Below the pieces are notes generated by a model that was given only the letters and a program-made list of their open reading frames with translations, searched no databases and was not told the origin of the DNA. A stretch of 64,000 nucleotides of DNA from contig OZ024741.1 in NCBI GenBank assembly GCA_964016885.1, positions 65,224,001 through 65,288,000 on the forward strand. The letters are read 5' to 3'. Made by a program: the position numbers and the translations under genes. Of this stretch, positions 24,349-36,804 are shown piece by piece (position 1 is the first letter of the stretch; every line of letters begins with the position of its first letter). The stretch is from Eledone cirrhosa. Its lineage: Eukaryota.

Positions 24349-24880
24349 CAGAGACGTGCAACCAAGTGAATACCCTCCATCAGGCATCTACCATTCTTTG
24401 AATGCCTTGTTTCCCTGGGCATGGATACATTGAAGCTCCGACGTCTGGCAGCTGACTTGGTAAACACCCACAACATTATTAACCATCTTGCCAACAACAA
24501 CAACACTGAGCACCTTTTTGAATTCCATGAGTCTAACACCTGTGGGCATGCCTACAAAGTCAGAAAACAGCACAGCTCCCATGACTTTCGGAAACATTTT
24601 TTCATGTTCAGAGTTGCTGAAGCATGGAACAAACTGCCTGCATCAGTTGTTAACTGTCAAGACACTGCATCCTTTAAAACCTCCATGATTCCTGAGATTC
24701 GGTAACACTACACCTGATGTCCCCCCTCCACACACACACACATGTATTTCATGACTCATACACTGTTCATTTTCCTGACATTTGTACATTATTTTATGTA
24801 CTATACATGCACCTTTGATGAGTTGTAGTGCTCCTGAGCACCGTACACAATAATTTCATTATTATTTTTATTTTTTATTT
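24349..24880 (+). mobile_element. CR1/L2-type LINE 3' fragment
   Basis: LKLRRLAADL..GHAYKV..FRKHFFMFRVAEAWNKLPASVV..SFK, then 3'UTR. Confidence 0.9.
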
Positions 24881-25011
24881 TTAAGAGGAAGGTTTCCAAT
24901 GGAATATAACCAGACGGTACAACTCATGGATATTGGTGAATTTACTAGGGAAAGCCAAAGCTTTGTTGAGCAATGTCCTGGATATCAATGGATAAAAATC
25001 AACAGTATCAA

Positions 25012-25073
25012 ATTGGGTGAATCTGGCCTTATCAGTATTCTTCTCTCTCTCTCTTTATATGTATATATATATA

Positions 25074-25151
<78 letters not shown>

Positions 25152-25190
25152 AAGAGAGAGAGAGAAGAATACTGATAAGGCCAGATTCAC

Positions 25191-25195
<5 letters not shown>
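25012..25195. repeat. Inverted repeat with a (TA)n centre
   Basis: ATTGGGTGAATCTGGCCTTATCAGTATTCTTCTC... and its exact reverse complement. Confidence 0.85.
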
Positions 25196-25242
<47 letters not shown>

Positions 25243-25303
25243 CACACATATATATATATATATATATATACATACACACATATATATATATATATATATA
25301 CAT

Positions 25304-25355
<52 letters not shown>

Positions 25356-25452
25356 GCATAAATACATACACACATGGATGGGTATACATGAACAGTTTTG
25401 TATTCCTCTCATACATAAACACACAGACTGAAAATATATCGTTCAATATATC

Positions 25453-25854
25453 TGTAGCGGTTGTCTCCCTTGTTTTGATTAGGATCTAGACAGGAAGTGG
25501 AACCCTTTCTGCAACTTCCGGTCAGAGCCCTATAAAACTAACAACTTTAAGCTTCCTTTCTCTCATTGCCTTTTCGGCACCTGGTCAAGAGCCTCACATT
25601 TGGCTCTGCCATTAATTTGGACAACAGGCGCCTGGCCTTAGCCAGGCGTCCTCTGCCAGCCGCGTTTGTCTGGCAATCAAAACGGTAACTACTAACTTTG
25701 TTTCATTCTAACATCTAGCTTTGACATGTCAAGTATACTATCTACCATTGTTAATTAAATATTATACACACAAACCATGTCTCGTTTTGTTACATTCATA
25801 CAATCCAGTACTCTTTCTAAATTGGTAACCCTGAAGTGATACGAACACGCAGCC
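25453..25854 (+). mobile_element. LTR (~369 bp) followed by a tRNA-Trp primer-binding sequence; no internal genes
   Basis: Starts TGTAG and ends CTAAA (CTACA with one change); TATAAAA at 25531; ATTAAA at ~25755; then T-TGGTAACCCTGAAGTGAT, matching the Trp PBS TGGTGACCCCGACGTGAT. Confidence 0.7.
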
Positions 25855-26188
25855 GTTCATCGCTATAAGTGGTCACCCCCCCCCCCCAAAAAAAATAGCA
25901 CATCTGGTTTTGTGAGTAACATTACGAATACACAGCAAATTTAGCGACAAACTATGAAAATACTCAAAGACACGCACACACGCACATGTGGAATTCGCAC
26001 AGACAGACTTTTTCTCTCACGCATCAATTAACTGTCGCATTTCACGATATATATATATGTTTCTCTGTTTCTTACAACGAACTCTTTTCAAAACACACAA
26101 AAAAAAAGAAATATTGATATTTTTTAAAAAAAACATTTCAACAGGAACTTTTATTTTCGATGAACCATTGCCATTTTTGTTCATCGTT

Positions 26189-26388
26189 NNNNNNNNNNNN
26201 NNNNNNNNNNNNNNNNNNNNNNNNNNNNNNNNNNNNNNNNNNNNNNNNNNNNNNNNNNNNNNNNNNNNNNNNNNNNNNNNNNNNNNNNNNNNNNNNNNNN
26301 NNNNNNNNNNNNNNNNNNNNNNNNNNNNNNNNNNNNNNNNNNNNNNNNNNNNNNNNNNNNNNNNNNNNNNNNNNNNNNNNNNNNNNNN
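26189..26388. other. Assembly gap (200 N)
   Basis: Run of N. Confidence 1.
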
Positions 26389-26879
26389 GCCATAGAAATT
26401 CCAATGCTTAATGAGAAACAAGTGTTAAAAAAAAGAAAATTTTGATACCACCACCACTCTCTCTCTCTCTCTCCTTTCCATATACACCATGACCAACAAT
26501 CTACACAACATGCAATCAATTATTAGCACTTTAATATCATGTCAAGACTAATAATGTGAAGTTACATAACTACAATCGATTAGTCTCTAAATTGATTTAC
26601 CATGATCAATCAACCTTCTGAAACGATCGTAAAACAATCAACTAGTTAAGCACTTAACTTTACCTTTTGTTTACATTGTACATAATGAATAGTATTCAAT
26701 AATCTTATGGTATGGTCCCGTAACTCCTGATAGTCGTAGGGGCACCGTATTGACATACAGCATTTCTTGGGCATTTTAAGCCTGGCAAATCCCACCCATC
26801 TCCAGGCCTGAGTACAGCAGATTTCTTTCAGAGAAAGATAGCAAGTGAGTGAGAGGAAATGAGAAAGAGATATAGAGGA

Positions 26880-27040
26880 AGAATCGACCCCAGTACTAGA
26901 CTGGTACTTTTTCTATCGACCTCGAAAGGATGAAAGGCAAAGTTGACCTCAACAAGATTTGAATCTAGAGAGCAGAGAGCTGGAATGAATACTGCAAAGC
27001 ATTCTATTTGAAGTTCTAACAATTCTGCCAATTCACCACC
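26880..27040 (-). mobile_element. Diverged Nin-domain SINE
   Basis: ATCGACCTCGAAAGGATGAAAGGCAAAGTTGACCTC. Confidence 0.7.
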
Positions 27041-27307
27041 TGTATTCAATGATATTTTACCTAATTAAGGTAGGACTTGTAACATTGTTAGAACTCAATA
27101 TAGTATGGATACAAATATCTCACTAAAACAAAGTGAAATCTGCTTTTGTGGGAAACTAGTATCTTATTACACATTGTTAACTATTCAAAGAACTCCATTG
27201 TTTCTGATGATAAACAGTAAGATGGATGTGTTTTGTTGAGGCTAATATTATGGAGTTACATAACTGCTATTGATTAGTCAATATATCAATCTTATCATGG
27301 TTCATTT

Positions 27308-27950
27308 CACCACCTCTACAACCACCACCACCACCTCTACAACAACGACCACCACCACCTCTACAACTTCCACCACCACCTCTACCACTACCAACACCAT
27401 CACCACTTCTACAACTACCATTGCCACCACCACCACCAACACCATACTACTAACAACCCCCACCATCACCAATACCATCACTACCTCTACAACTACTACC
27501 ACCAACACCACCTCTACAACTACCACCACCACCTCTAAAACTACCACCCCCACCACCACCATAACCATCACCACCACTACCACCAACACAATCACCACCT
27601 TTACAACTACCACCACTAACACAATCACCACCTCTAAAACTACCAAAACCACCACAACAACCACCACCACCACTACCACCACCACCATAGCTACCACCAC
27701 AACCACCATTACCACCTCTACAACTACCACCACCACCACCACTACCACTAACACAATCACCACCTTTACAATTACCACCACCACTACCAACACAATCACC
27801 ACATCTATAACTACCACCACCACCACAACAACCACCACCACCACCAACACCACCAACATAATCACTAACTCCTACAACTATCACTACAACCACAATCACC
27901 ACCACTACAACTACCACTACCACCAACAACACAATCACCACCTCTACAAC
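27308..27950. repeat. (ACC/ACT/ACA)n low-complexity tract
   Basis: Direct reading; gives Thr-rich and Val-rich pseudo-ORFs. Confidence 0.9.
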
Positions 27951-28099
27951 TCTGATTAAGCAGACCTATAATTAAAACAATTCAACCATGACCATCCTGT
28001 CTTTTATTTTTCTCAGAGATCTAGGACTGCATTATTTAATGTGTTCTTTCTCAATGGTTTCCAACCGTTTTTATACCATAGACTGGCTTCATGTGGGAC

Positions 28100-28365
28100 A
28101 ATCTTTCTGCAGACCGGTAGTTGCACACATGTGTTATTTAAGTTGGGACAATGACCGATGGGTGAAGAAATGCCAGGAAATCCTAATGGAAGGAAGCCAC
28201 AATAGAGGACTACCAAGAAAGACCTGAGCAGAGGTTGTGAGAGCTGACCTCAAATCGGTAAAACTGGAAGAGGAAATGATGAAGGAATGTGGCAAGTGAA
28301 GAGATACCGTGCTGAGCAGGACCTGTCCATGGAAAAGCAGATGTAAAAACAATGATGATGATGAC
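28100..28365 (+). mobile_element. Degraded RTE 3' end
   Basis: WVKKCQEILMEGSHNRGLPRKT*AEVVRADL and a (GAT)n tail. Confidence 0.65.
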
Positions 28366-29008
28366 ACTACCTATGTTTATTTTTAGTTTATTTTGAATAT
28401 AATTAACAGTTTGGAGGGATTTTGTAATGTAACTAAATTTCTAATGATTAAGCTGGTGTTTGGAACATAACAGATGTTCTTATGAAACATTCTGAAAGGT
28501 TTTTAGATGAATATAAACACTTTCAAATAAACAGCTTTGTATAATAGAATCAGGGACAGTTTCAGGTAGGTTGGTAATGAAAAGATTATGATGATAGGTA
28601 GGGGTGTGATTTGATGGGTACTTGGCTGTTATTTCTAGCAGGTAAAGTAACCATTTAGTGGCTCCCTCACTGACTCCTAATGGTAGTATTAGTTGTGTTG
28701 TAGTGATTTTAGTTTTGATCTCAATGGTAGTAGTAGTGGCGGTGATGCTGCATTGTCTCCTGGTCAACGTTAGTAATGTTTTGCGCCAAAGATCTGACCT
28801 GATTGTCTAGACATGGAGTCAAATGTGTTTTAGTCATGACCCTCATATCTTGTTTTCCGGTTTTCAGATGTATGCACCTTGAACTATAACATTAATTGTG
28901 TCAAGACATATGCTTTGAAGGAGATTTGGTCACATTTTGAAGTAGTATGTGTAGTGACTGCATAGGTGTACCTTGAACTACATTATTCAATGTGTCAAGA
29001 CATGTAGC

Positions 29009-29148
29009 CAATGCTGGATTTAGAACAAATGATGCCCTGTGCTAGTTAAGTTATGAGGCCCCTTACTTGGGCTCTGAAGAAGGAAAACAATTTGTTAACA
29101 GGGCCCTGTGCTTAAGCACATCTAAGCACAATGGTAAATTTGGCACTG
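29009..29148. mobile_element. hAT-type MITE (140 bp)
   Basis: Imperfect TIRs CAATGCTGGATTTA / TAAATTTGGCACTG with an 8-bp TSD CATGTAGC / CATATAGC. Confidence 0.75.
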
Positions 29149-29566
29149 CATATAGCGATGCAGTTTAAAGGAGATATGGCTAGAGTTTCCAATAGTATTT
29201 ATAGCAACTACATAAAGCTACCAATGACTAAATTATTTAATGTCAAGACATGCACCAATGTGATTTAGTTTCTGGTAGTTTGTGCAATGACTGCATAGAG
29301 GTTCCTTCCTTGGTAATGGTGCTGGTGTTGGTGGTAATGTCAAGATGGTTTGAACAAGTTTGGTAAAAGAAGAAAGGAAGAAATAGGATCTTATGTGGTG
29401 GTGGTGGTAGGAAACAAGGCTTAGCTGAGTGGTTAAGAAATTTGCTTAATTACAATTTCATATTACTACAATGTACCTATCATAGCTTTATTTCAACCCA
29501 AGTCTTGTGGCTGAAAAACTGTGAGGAAAGCCATTAGTGGATTGTACTTGTTCGAGGCTGGTAGAC

Positions 29567-29756
29567 TTAACCCTTTAGTATTTGCATTACTCTGTATTTA
29601 CTTTTGTATTTTCATAGTAAAGGCATTACCTCACATAATATCTATTTTGAGAACAATACCTTAACATTAGTATGAGTGGCCAGTTATGGCCAGTTTGAAC
29701 AGAAAGAGATGAGAGAAATCTCCCGGATATGGCTGGTTTAAATGCTAAAGGGTTAA
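29567..29756. mobile_element. piggyBac-like MITE, family A
   Basis: TTAACCCTTTAG...GCTAAAGGGTTAA. Confidence 0.85.
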
Positions 29757-30177
29757 TCTGTCACCTGGTTTAACACCACTCTCTGGCCACTGGGTGTTTT
29801 TAGCAAAGTCTAGTCTAGTTGCAAGCATTTCGATTCTGGCAGGCAGACTAAGGATATCAAAAAGTCATAGACACTTCTCTTCCTCCTTCATATGAAAAAT
29901 GGTGTAAAACAGTTATATACAAACTTTTTCAAAAATTTGGAAGAAAAAGTTCATAGACCACTAAATGTAAATGTACTTTTAATTACTTTATGCAACACAG
30001 GAGGCTATAAAACTCATCATATAGCACCAACATTTTAGCTTTGATCACAGGTGGTCCATATGTCTGACATTGTACATAATTAATTGGGGTGAATAAATTG
30101 ATAAAAAGTTTTGTGGTTAAAAGCTAATTGGTCTTGAATCCCAAAGATCTATAGAGATAGTGCTTATCCTTGATTTT

Positions 30178-30460
30178 AAATAATAATAATAATAATAATG
30201 AAAATTATTGTGTACAGTGCTCAGATGCACTACAACTCTTCAAAGGTGCATGTATAGTACATAGGATAATGTATAAATGTCAGCAAAATGAAAAGTGTAT
30301 GAGTCATGATATATATACACAGATACATGCAAGTGTATGGAGGGGGAATATCAGGTGTAGTGTTGTCGAATTTTGGGAAGCATGGAAGTTTTGAAGGGTG
30401 CAGTGTCCTGACAGCTAACAACTGATGCAGGTAGTTTGTTCCATGCTTCAGCAACTCTTA
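30178..30460 (-). mobile_element. CR1/L2-type LINE 3' end
   Basis: Reverse complement of 16918-17200. Confidence 0.85.
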
Positions 30461-30619
30461 TAGTGTTAAGTAGATAAGAGATGAATCTCCTCATGGATAG
30501 GGAACTTGTCTATCCCAGGTAACTTATTTCACCCTTACCTGAGAAACTTAGAACTGTAAGCTAAGAAAATATCTGCCAATTTCCCAGTTGTAAATTACCA
30601 AGCAGCATCTACTTAGATA

Positions 30620-31361
30620 TAAGTTGAACCCAGCTGTTAAGAGTTAAGTGCCTTGGCCAGTATTAAGTTGAACCCAGCTATTAAGAGTCAAGTGCCTTGG
30701 CCAGTGTTAAGTTGAACCCAGCTGTTAAGAGTTAAGTGCCTTGGCCAGTGTTAAGTTGAACCCAGCTGTTAAGAGTCAAGTGCCTTGGCCAGTGTTAAAT
30801 TGAACCTAGCTGTTAAGAGTCAAGTGCCTTGGCCAGTGTTAAATTGAACCCAGCTGTTAAGAGTCAAGTGCCTTGGCCAGTGTTAAGTTGAACCTAGCTG
30901 TTAAGAGTCAAGTGCCTTGGCCAGTGTTAAGTTGAACCCAGCTGTTAAGAGTCAAGTGCCTTGGCCAGTGTTAAGTTGAACCCAGCTGTTAAGAGTCAAG
31001 TGCCTTGGCCAGTGTTAAATTGAACCCAGCTGTTAAGAGTCAAGTGCCTTGGCCAGTGTTAAATTGAACCTAGCTGTTAAGAGTCAAGTGCCTTGGCCAG
31101 TGTTAAGTTGAACCCAGCTGTTAAGAGTCAAGTGCCTTGGCCAGTGTTAAGTTGAACCCAGCTGTTAAGAGTCAAGTGCCTTGGCCAGTGTTAAATTGAA
31201 CCCAGCTGTTAAGAGTCAAGTGCCTTGGCCAGTGTTAAGTTGAACCCAGCTGTTAAGAGTCAAGTGCCTTGGCCAGTGTTAAGTTGAACCCAGCTGTTAA
31301 GAGTTAAGTGCCTTGGCCAGTGTTAAGTTGAACCCAGCTGTTAAGAGTTAAGTGCCTTGGC
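30620..31361. repeat. 44-bp minisatellite, ~17 near-identical copies
   Basis: Unit TAAGTTGAACCCAGCTGTTAAGAGTCAAGTGCCTTGGCCAGTGT; AAGTTG recurs at 30621, 30665 ... 31325. Confidence 0.95.
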
Positions 31362-31544
31362 ACAACTAAATTATTAATTAAAGAAATATTGACATTTATT
31401 CTTGTTTAGCTCCACTTGTTGCTGTAATTTCTATTGTTGTTCTTTTACAGGTTGTTGACATTGTTTTCTCTTGAAATTGTTTTTACCATGATATTTCTAT
31501 GATATTCATGATGAGGATAGTTTAGCTTTCTTTTATTATTATTA

Positions 31545-31822
31545 TTAGTATTAGTAGAACGTAGGACAACATGCTTGGTTACATAGAGTTACGGCCCTTT
31601 ACGTTCGGATTTCAAATTCTATTACGGGGTTAATAAAATAAAGTACCAGGAATGCACTGGGGTCGATTTAATGGACTTTCCCCTCGCCCAAAATTGTTGG
31701 CCTTGTGTCTAAATCAGAAACCATTATTATTTTCATCCTTACGGGGTCGATAAAATAAAGTACCAGTAATGCACTGGGTAATTGCTGGCCTTGTGCCTAA
31801 AGTAGAAACAATTATTATTATT
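31545..31822 (+). mobile_element. Two tandem Nin-SINE fragments in (ATT)n
   Basis: ACGGGGT..ATAAAATAAAGTACCAG and GGCCTTGTG tails, twice. Confidence 0.75.
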
Positions 31823-31919
31823 ATTGATAGAGATGGTGGTAGCAGATTCTGCTGAAACAATCATGGTGGCAATTAGGTGTTAACCTATCAAAGATTGCCA
31901 ATCTGATTACTGTTGATAC

Positions 31920-32400
31920 TTCTTCTTTTCTTCTTTGCCCACTTATTCTTGAGAGGGTTGTCAGGGCCGAGTCCTCAAACACTCCTTCCAACAGGTCCTG
32001 TCAGAAGCAACTGTCTCCAACTGATCCAGCTGGATCCCCAAGCGTGACCAGCCAAGCTCATGGATGTTATCAAACCATCTTGCTTGGGGTCTACCCTTGT
32101 GTCTCCTACCTGTTAGTTTTTCCTGTAAAATCTGTCCAGCGATTCTTTCCTGAGACATTCTAACAACATGTCCATAGTATCGGAGCTGTGATCTCTCAAT
32201 TTGGAGAAGAAGCGGCTCTACATGGAGTGACTCTCTGATCTCCGAGCTATGCACTTTATTGAATAACGTTACTACAAAGACTCTTTGGAGGAACACGATT
32301 TTGGGCACTTCTATTTGCAATCATATTCTTTCGGTCATTACCCAAGATTCATGACCATCGGTAAGGGTTGGCATGAAAACTGAATTGAAGATAACATTGA
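31920..32400 (-). mobile_element. RTE-like LINE 3' fragment, second family
   Basis: EPLLLQIERSQLRYYGHVVRM..GRRHKGRPQARW; related to 36805-38220. Confidence 0.85.
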
Positions 32401-33282
32401 TACTGTGATTGCCAAATGTACATCGATGGTGGTAATAATAAGTAGATCCCAACTTTTTTGAGACTGCCACCTTGGTTCTATGAGAGCAAGCTAACTATCT
32501 TTAAAGTGTATTTATTTACATTTAAGCCTATCGTAATTTTATGTAAGGAATTTCTTATTTATATATTCATAAAAAGATGAGATAGTTATAGCTGGAATGT
32601 CTTTAATAATAGGTTAGGTCTACTTACTCCATTGGAAGTTGATCTAGGGTTAAACAACATCAGCAGCAACAATTCAAAATGTATTTTACTAACAATTCAG
32701 AAAAGGTGAAGTTTATGGGTTAAAAATGTTTAAATAGAACAGTAGTAGACGTCTCACTATGAATTTTGGGAGAACATTGAATGCAATATATGCCAGGAAT
32801 AAATGGCTAGAGTTTCTGAAAGTGTTACCTGAGATTAAATGACATCTTGGTATTATTATAGATTAGTGTTCCCTACCTCAACAATATGAAACTAGAGCTA
32901 AACAATGATTCTCCTTAGCATTTTTTAAAGGTTTGTTTTCACACGCAAATACACACACACACACACACAGGTGTACACATACATACATACATACATGCAC
33001 ACACACGTACACACACATACACACACACATACATACACACACATATATACATACATACACACGTTGACACACACATACACCCACGTACACAACACACACA
33101 TACACATACTTCACATTATGTATACAGGCTTCACATTATGTATACTGTACATACATTGTGTGGAACATACATATGTTAAAATATAAAACAGCAGGGCTAG
33201 AAGGCTAGAGTAGGTTTAAAATATGACACCAAATATGACAGTAAATAAACAAGGGATTTAACACACACACAGAGTTATATCC

Positions 33283-33366
<84 letters not shown>

Positions 33367-33714
33367 TGGGTATAAACACTTTTTATCAATTTTCAAACTT
33401 AGTTGGGTTCGCATCAGAAGGTGTGTATGTTATTTAAACAACCACAAGGAATCTATCAATGTCGTGATTGCAGGAAAGATACAAGAGTCACTTTATCTGG
33501 AATAGCCTGATTGATACTCAATGATACATAAAAGGAATTCCTTGTTTCAGAGAGGCAATTGATTATTCAATTTTGAAGGGACTGTGAAGAAACTGCAAAG
33601 ATATGTGAACCTCATACAAAAAAAGAACAACAACAAATACCCCAAAATAAACAAAGATGATGATGATCATCACCACCACAATCATCACTACCATCATCTC
33701 CAATCATTATTATT

Positions 33715-34263
33715 CGGTGGATTGGCAGTATCGGTAGAGGGTCGGACGCCATGCTTTTCAGCATAGTTACGTCCCTTTACGATCTGAGTTCAAATCCCGC
33801 CGAGGTTGACTTTGCCTTTCATCCTTACATGGTCGATAAAATAAAGTACCAGTAATGCACTGGGTAATTGCTGGCCTTGTGCCTAAAGTAGAAACAATTA
33901 TTATTCGGTACAGCATCGGATATGCTTTGCGGCATAGTTACGTCCCTTTCCAGTCTGAGTTCATCCTTACGGGGTCGATAAAATAATGTACCTGGGGTCG
34001 ATTTAACCCTTTAGCATTCACATTACTCTATATATGCTATTGTATTTTCATGGTAAATGCTTTATCTCACATAATATCGAATCTATGAGATTTTGAAAGT
34101 ATTTATTTTGAGAACAATACCTTAAAATCAGTTTGAGCGACCAGTTACAGCCAGTTTCAACAGAAAGAGGTAGAGAATTCTGGCCGGTTTTGGCCGGTTT
34201 GAACACTAAAGGGTTAATCAACTTTCTCCTCCCACCAAATTGTTGGCCTTGTGCCTAAATAAC

Positions 34264-34321
<58 letters not shown>

Positions 34322-34540
34322 AAGAAATTATTATTATTATTAAGGGTGGGGGATTGGCAGTATCAGTAGAAGGTCGGACGCCATGCTTTGCAGCATAGAG
34401 TTACGCCCCTTTATGTTGTGAGTTCAAATCCCGCCGAGGTTCACTTTGCCTTTCATTCTTACGGGGTCGATAAAATAAAATACCAGTAATGCACTGGATT
34501 AATTTCTGGCCTTGCGCCTAAAGTAGAAACAATTATTATT
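33715..34540 (+). mobile_element. Cluster of three Nin-domain SINEs in (ATT)n; the middle one is split by a MITE
   Basis: Copies at ~33715-33900, 33905-34265 and 34345-34535. Confidence 0.85.
34003..34217. mobile_element. piggyBac-like MITE, family A, inserted in a SINE
   Basis: TTAACCCTTTAGC...CTAAAGGGTTAA. Confidence 0.85.
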
Positions 34541-35508
34541 ATTATTTGATGGCAGTGAGTGGCAAAAAGTGGTAGAACAATATGCAGACAGAATGCCATG
34601 TAATATTTAAAGAAGTCGTTTTACATTCTGAGTTTACATATTGCTAAGGTCAAATTTGTGTTTCATCCTGCCAAAGGTCAATATTCTCAATATTTAATCG
34701 ACTTACACCCTTCCTTGAAAATCTGTTACCTTGTAACTATATCAGAAAAGATTTGTTTTCTTCATAAACGTTAATTACTTTGTTATTTTTATTTAAAATC
34801 TGTTCAAATTTTTTCTGCCCTGCCTCCTCACTCTAAGACAGATCAGAAGGTGGAATGTTCTTGGCAAGCAAACATATAGAACCGAAATCTCTCTAATATC
34901 AACAGCAGGTACACCAGGAACCGCCCCCGTCCCCCACCCCACAACCACCACTACACCTCACCCCACCAGAAACAAAAACCAGAAAGAAAAAAAAAGAAAA
35001 AGAAAATCCAGGTGTGGATGTGAGTGAAATAGTGTAAAAAGAATAAATATACACCTTGTATTAGTTCATAATTCAGATCAACATCTCCAACTTATCCCCC
35101 ACTCTCTCTGTTATATTGACAAAACAAAATACATCTACTCTCACTCTCAACAGTGCTCTTTTGTTTTGTTTTGTTTTAATATTTATTTATTTACTTTTAC
35201 TTTTTTGGTAACACTAGATGCTTATTTTGTGTGTGTAAAGATTTCTTCTCTGAGAATATATAGTGATTATATCATAACTAAACTATACCACATTCTGCTG
35301 CCTTTCTCATTAAATATTTATCTCAGTCAAGGTTGTTATGTTGGTGTAGAATAACAATTTCATATATGAATGGTGTATGCATGTATGTGTTTATCTTTTA
35401 CATATTTAATTACATAATTTCAGGTTTAGAATATGTATCTATTTAACTTGGCTTAAGATACTCTCTCAGCTTTTGACCATATTTGTGCAATTTCAATTTT
35501 CAAGTCAG

Positions 35509-35543
<35 letters not shown>

Positions 35544-35735
35544 TGGCGGTGGATTGGCAGTATCGGTAGAGGGTTGGACGCCATGCTTTGATGCATAGAG
35601 TTACGGCCCTTGCCATTCTGAGTTCAAATGCCGCCGAGGTTAACTTTGCCTTTCATCCTTACGGGGTCGATAAAATAAAGTACCAGTAATGCACTGGGTA
35701 ATTGCTGGCCTTGTGCCTAAAGTAGAAACAATTAT
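35544..35735 (+). mobile_element. Full-length Nin-domain SINE
   Basis: TGGCAGTATCGG A-box-like motif, GAGTTCAAAT B-box-like motif, GCCTTTCATCCTTACGGGGTCGATAAAATAAAGTACC, (ATT)n tail. Confidence 0.9.
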
Positions 35736-35759
35736 TATTATTGTTGTTGTTGTTATTAT

Positions 35760-36190
35760 TTCGCTTTTCACCAGAGAAATGTAAACAAAGTGACCATCAA
35801 GTTTGTTGACCTCAGATAGCTAGTATCTTTCGCAGGTTATGGGCTGAGCCAAGAAGAGCTGATTTTTGCAGGCAGGAAATGTTAGGTTGCATTCCAAGTT
35901 CTTCTAATTTCTTTGGTATCGATCCCAGTGCACCAATAACAATAGGAATCACCTTTGCTGACAGATTCCACTACTTAGCTGTTTCTACTCTCAATTCTGA
36001 ATAGTTCCTTATCTTTTCCCATTCTTTCTCTTCAATTCTCTGATCCCCCAGGATTGCAACCTCAATTATCCAGCACTTTCTCTCCTCTTTACCAATCATG
36101 ACAATGTCAGTTCTCTGGTGTTCAATAACTCTGTCTGTTTGTACAGTCAGATCCCACATTATCTTTGCTTTGTCATTCTCAATGAAGAAA

Positions 36191-36229
<39 letters not shown>

Positions 36230-36612
36230 TTGGAGTCTCAGTGATTGATGTTATTTAGCTGGAAAGTTTGTTCAAATGAACATCAAGCTGCTAGCAGAAG
36301 CCTCGGATATTCAGGATGTATCAGAGGGTTCTTGCTGTTCCCAGCAAGTATGCCTTTTGAAGTGTTCCAAAAAATGAGGCTGGACTAATGTTCTTTAACC
36401 ATCCTTGAAAACTCTTTGTGATAGTACCTAGTGCTCCTATGACAATCGGGATGACCATGATCTTATGACAGTCCCAAATCCTTTTCAATTCCCACTTTAA
36501 ATCCTAGTATTAGTTAATTTTCTCCCTCTCCTTTTCTTGCACTCTTGTGTTAAAGGAACAGGATTCATCTACAATCAAGCACAATCTTTTTTCCTTGTCA
36601 AAAACGACCAGG
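35760..36612 (-). mobile_element. Two R4/Dong-type REL-endonuclease LINE 3' fragments in (TAA)n
   Basis: IMWDLTVQTDRVIEHQRTDIVMI..CWIIEVAI..EKI..YSEL..IPIVIGALG at 35760-36190; a second copy with IPIVIGALGTI at 36230-36612. Confidence 0.8.
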
Positions 36613-36619
36613 TTATTAT

Positions 36620-36800
36620 TAGTGGATTGGTAGTATTGGTAGAACATCAGACATGCATCACCGCATAGAGTTATGGGCCTTTATGTTCTGAGTTCAAATC
36701 CCGTCGAGGTTAACTTTGCCTTTCATCCTTACGGGGTTGATAAAATAAAGTACCAAAAATGCACTAGGATAATTGCTGGCCTTGTGCCAAAAGTAGAAAC
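36620..36800 (+). mobile_element. Nin-domain SINE
   Basis: Matches the consensus. Confidence 0.8.
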
Positions 36801-36804
36801 TTTG

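Noticed and set aside
25988-26519. ORFs spanning the N run
   Set aside because: Artefacts of the assembly gap.
27270-27959. Thr-rich mucin-like ORF (229 aa)
   Set aside because: Trinucleotide low complexity, open on both strands, with no clear splice or domain context. An exon cannot be fully excluded without RNA-seq.
30620-31361. CRISPR-like array
   Set aside because: Units are contiguous with no unique spacers, there are no cas genes, and the context is eukaryotic.
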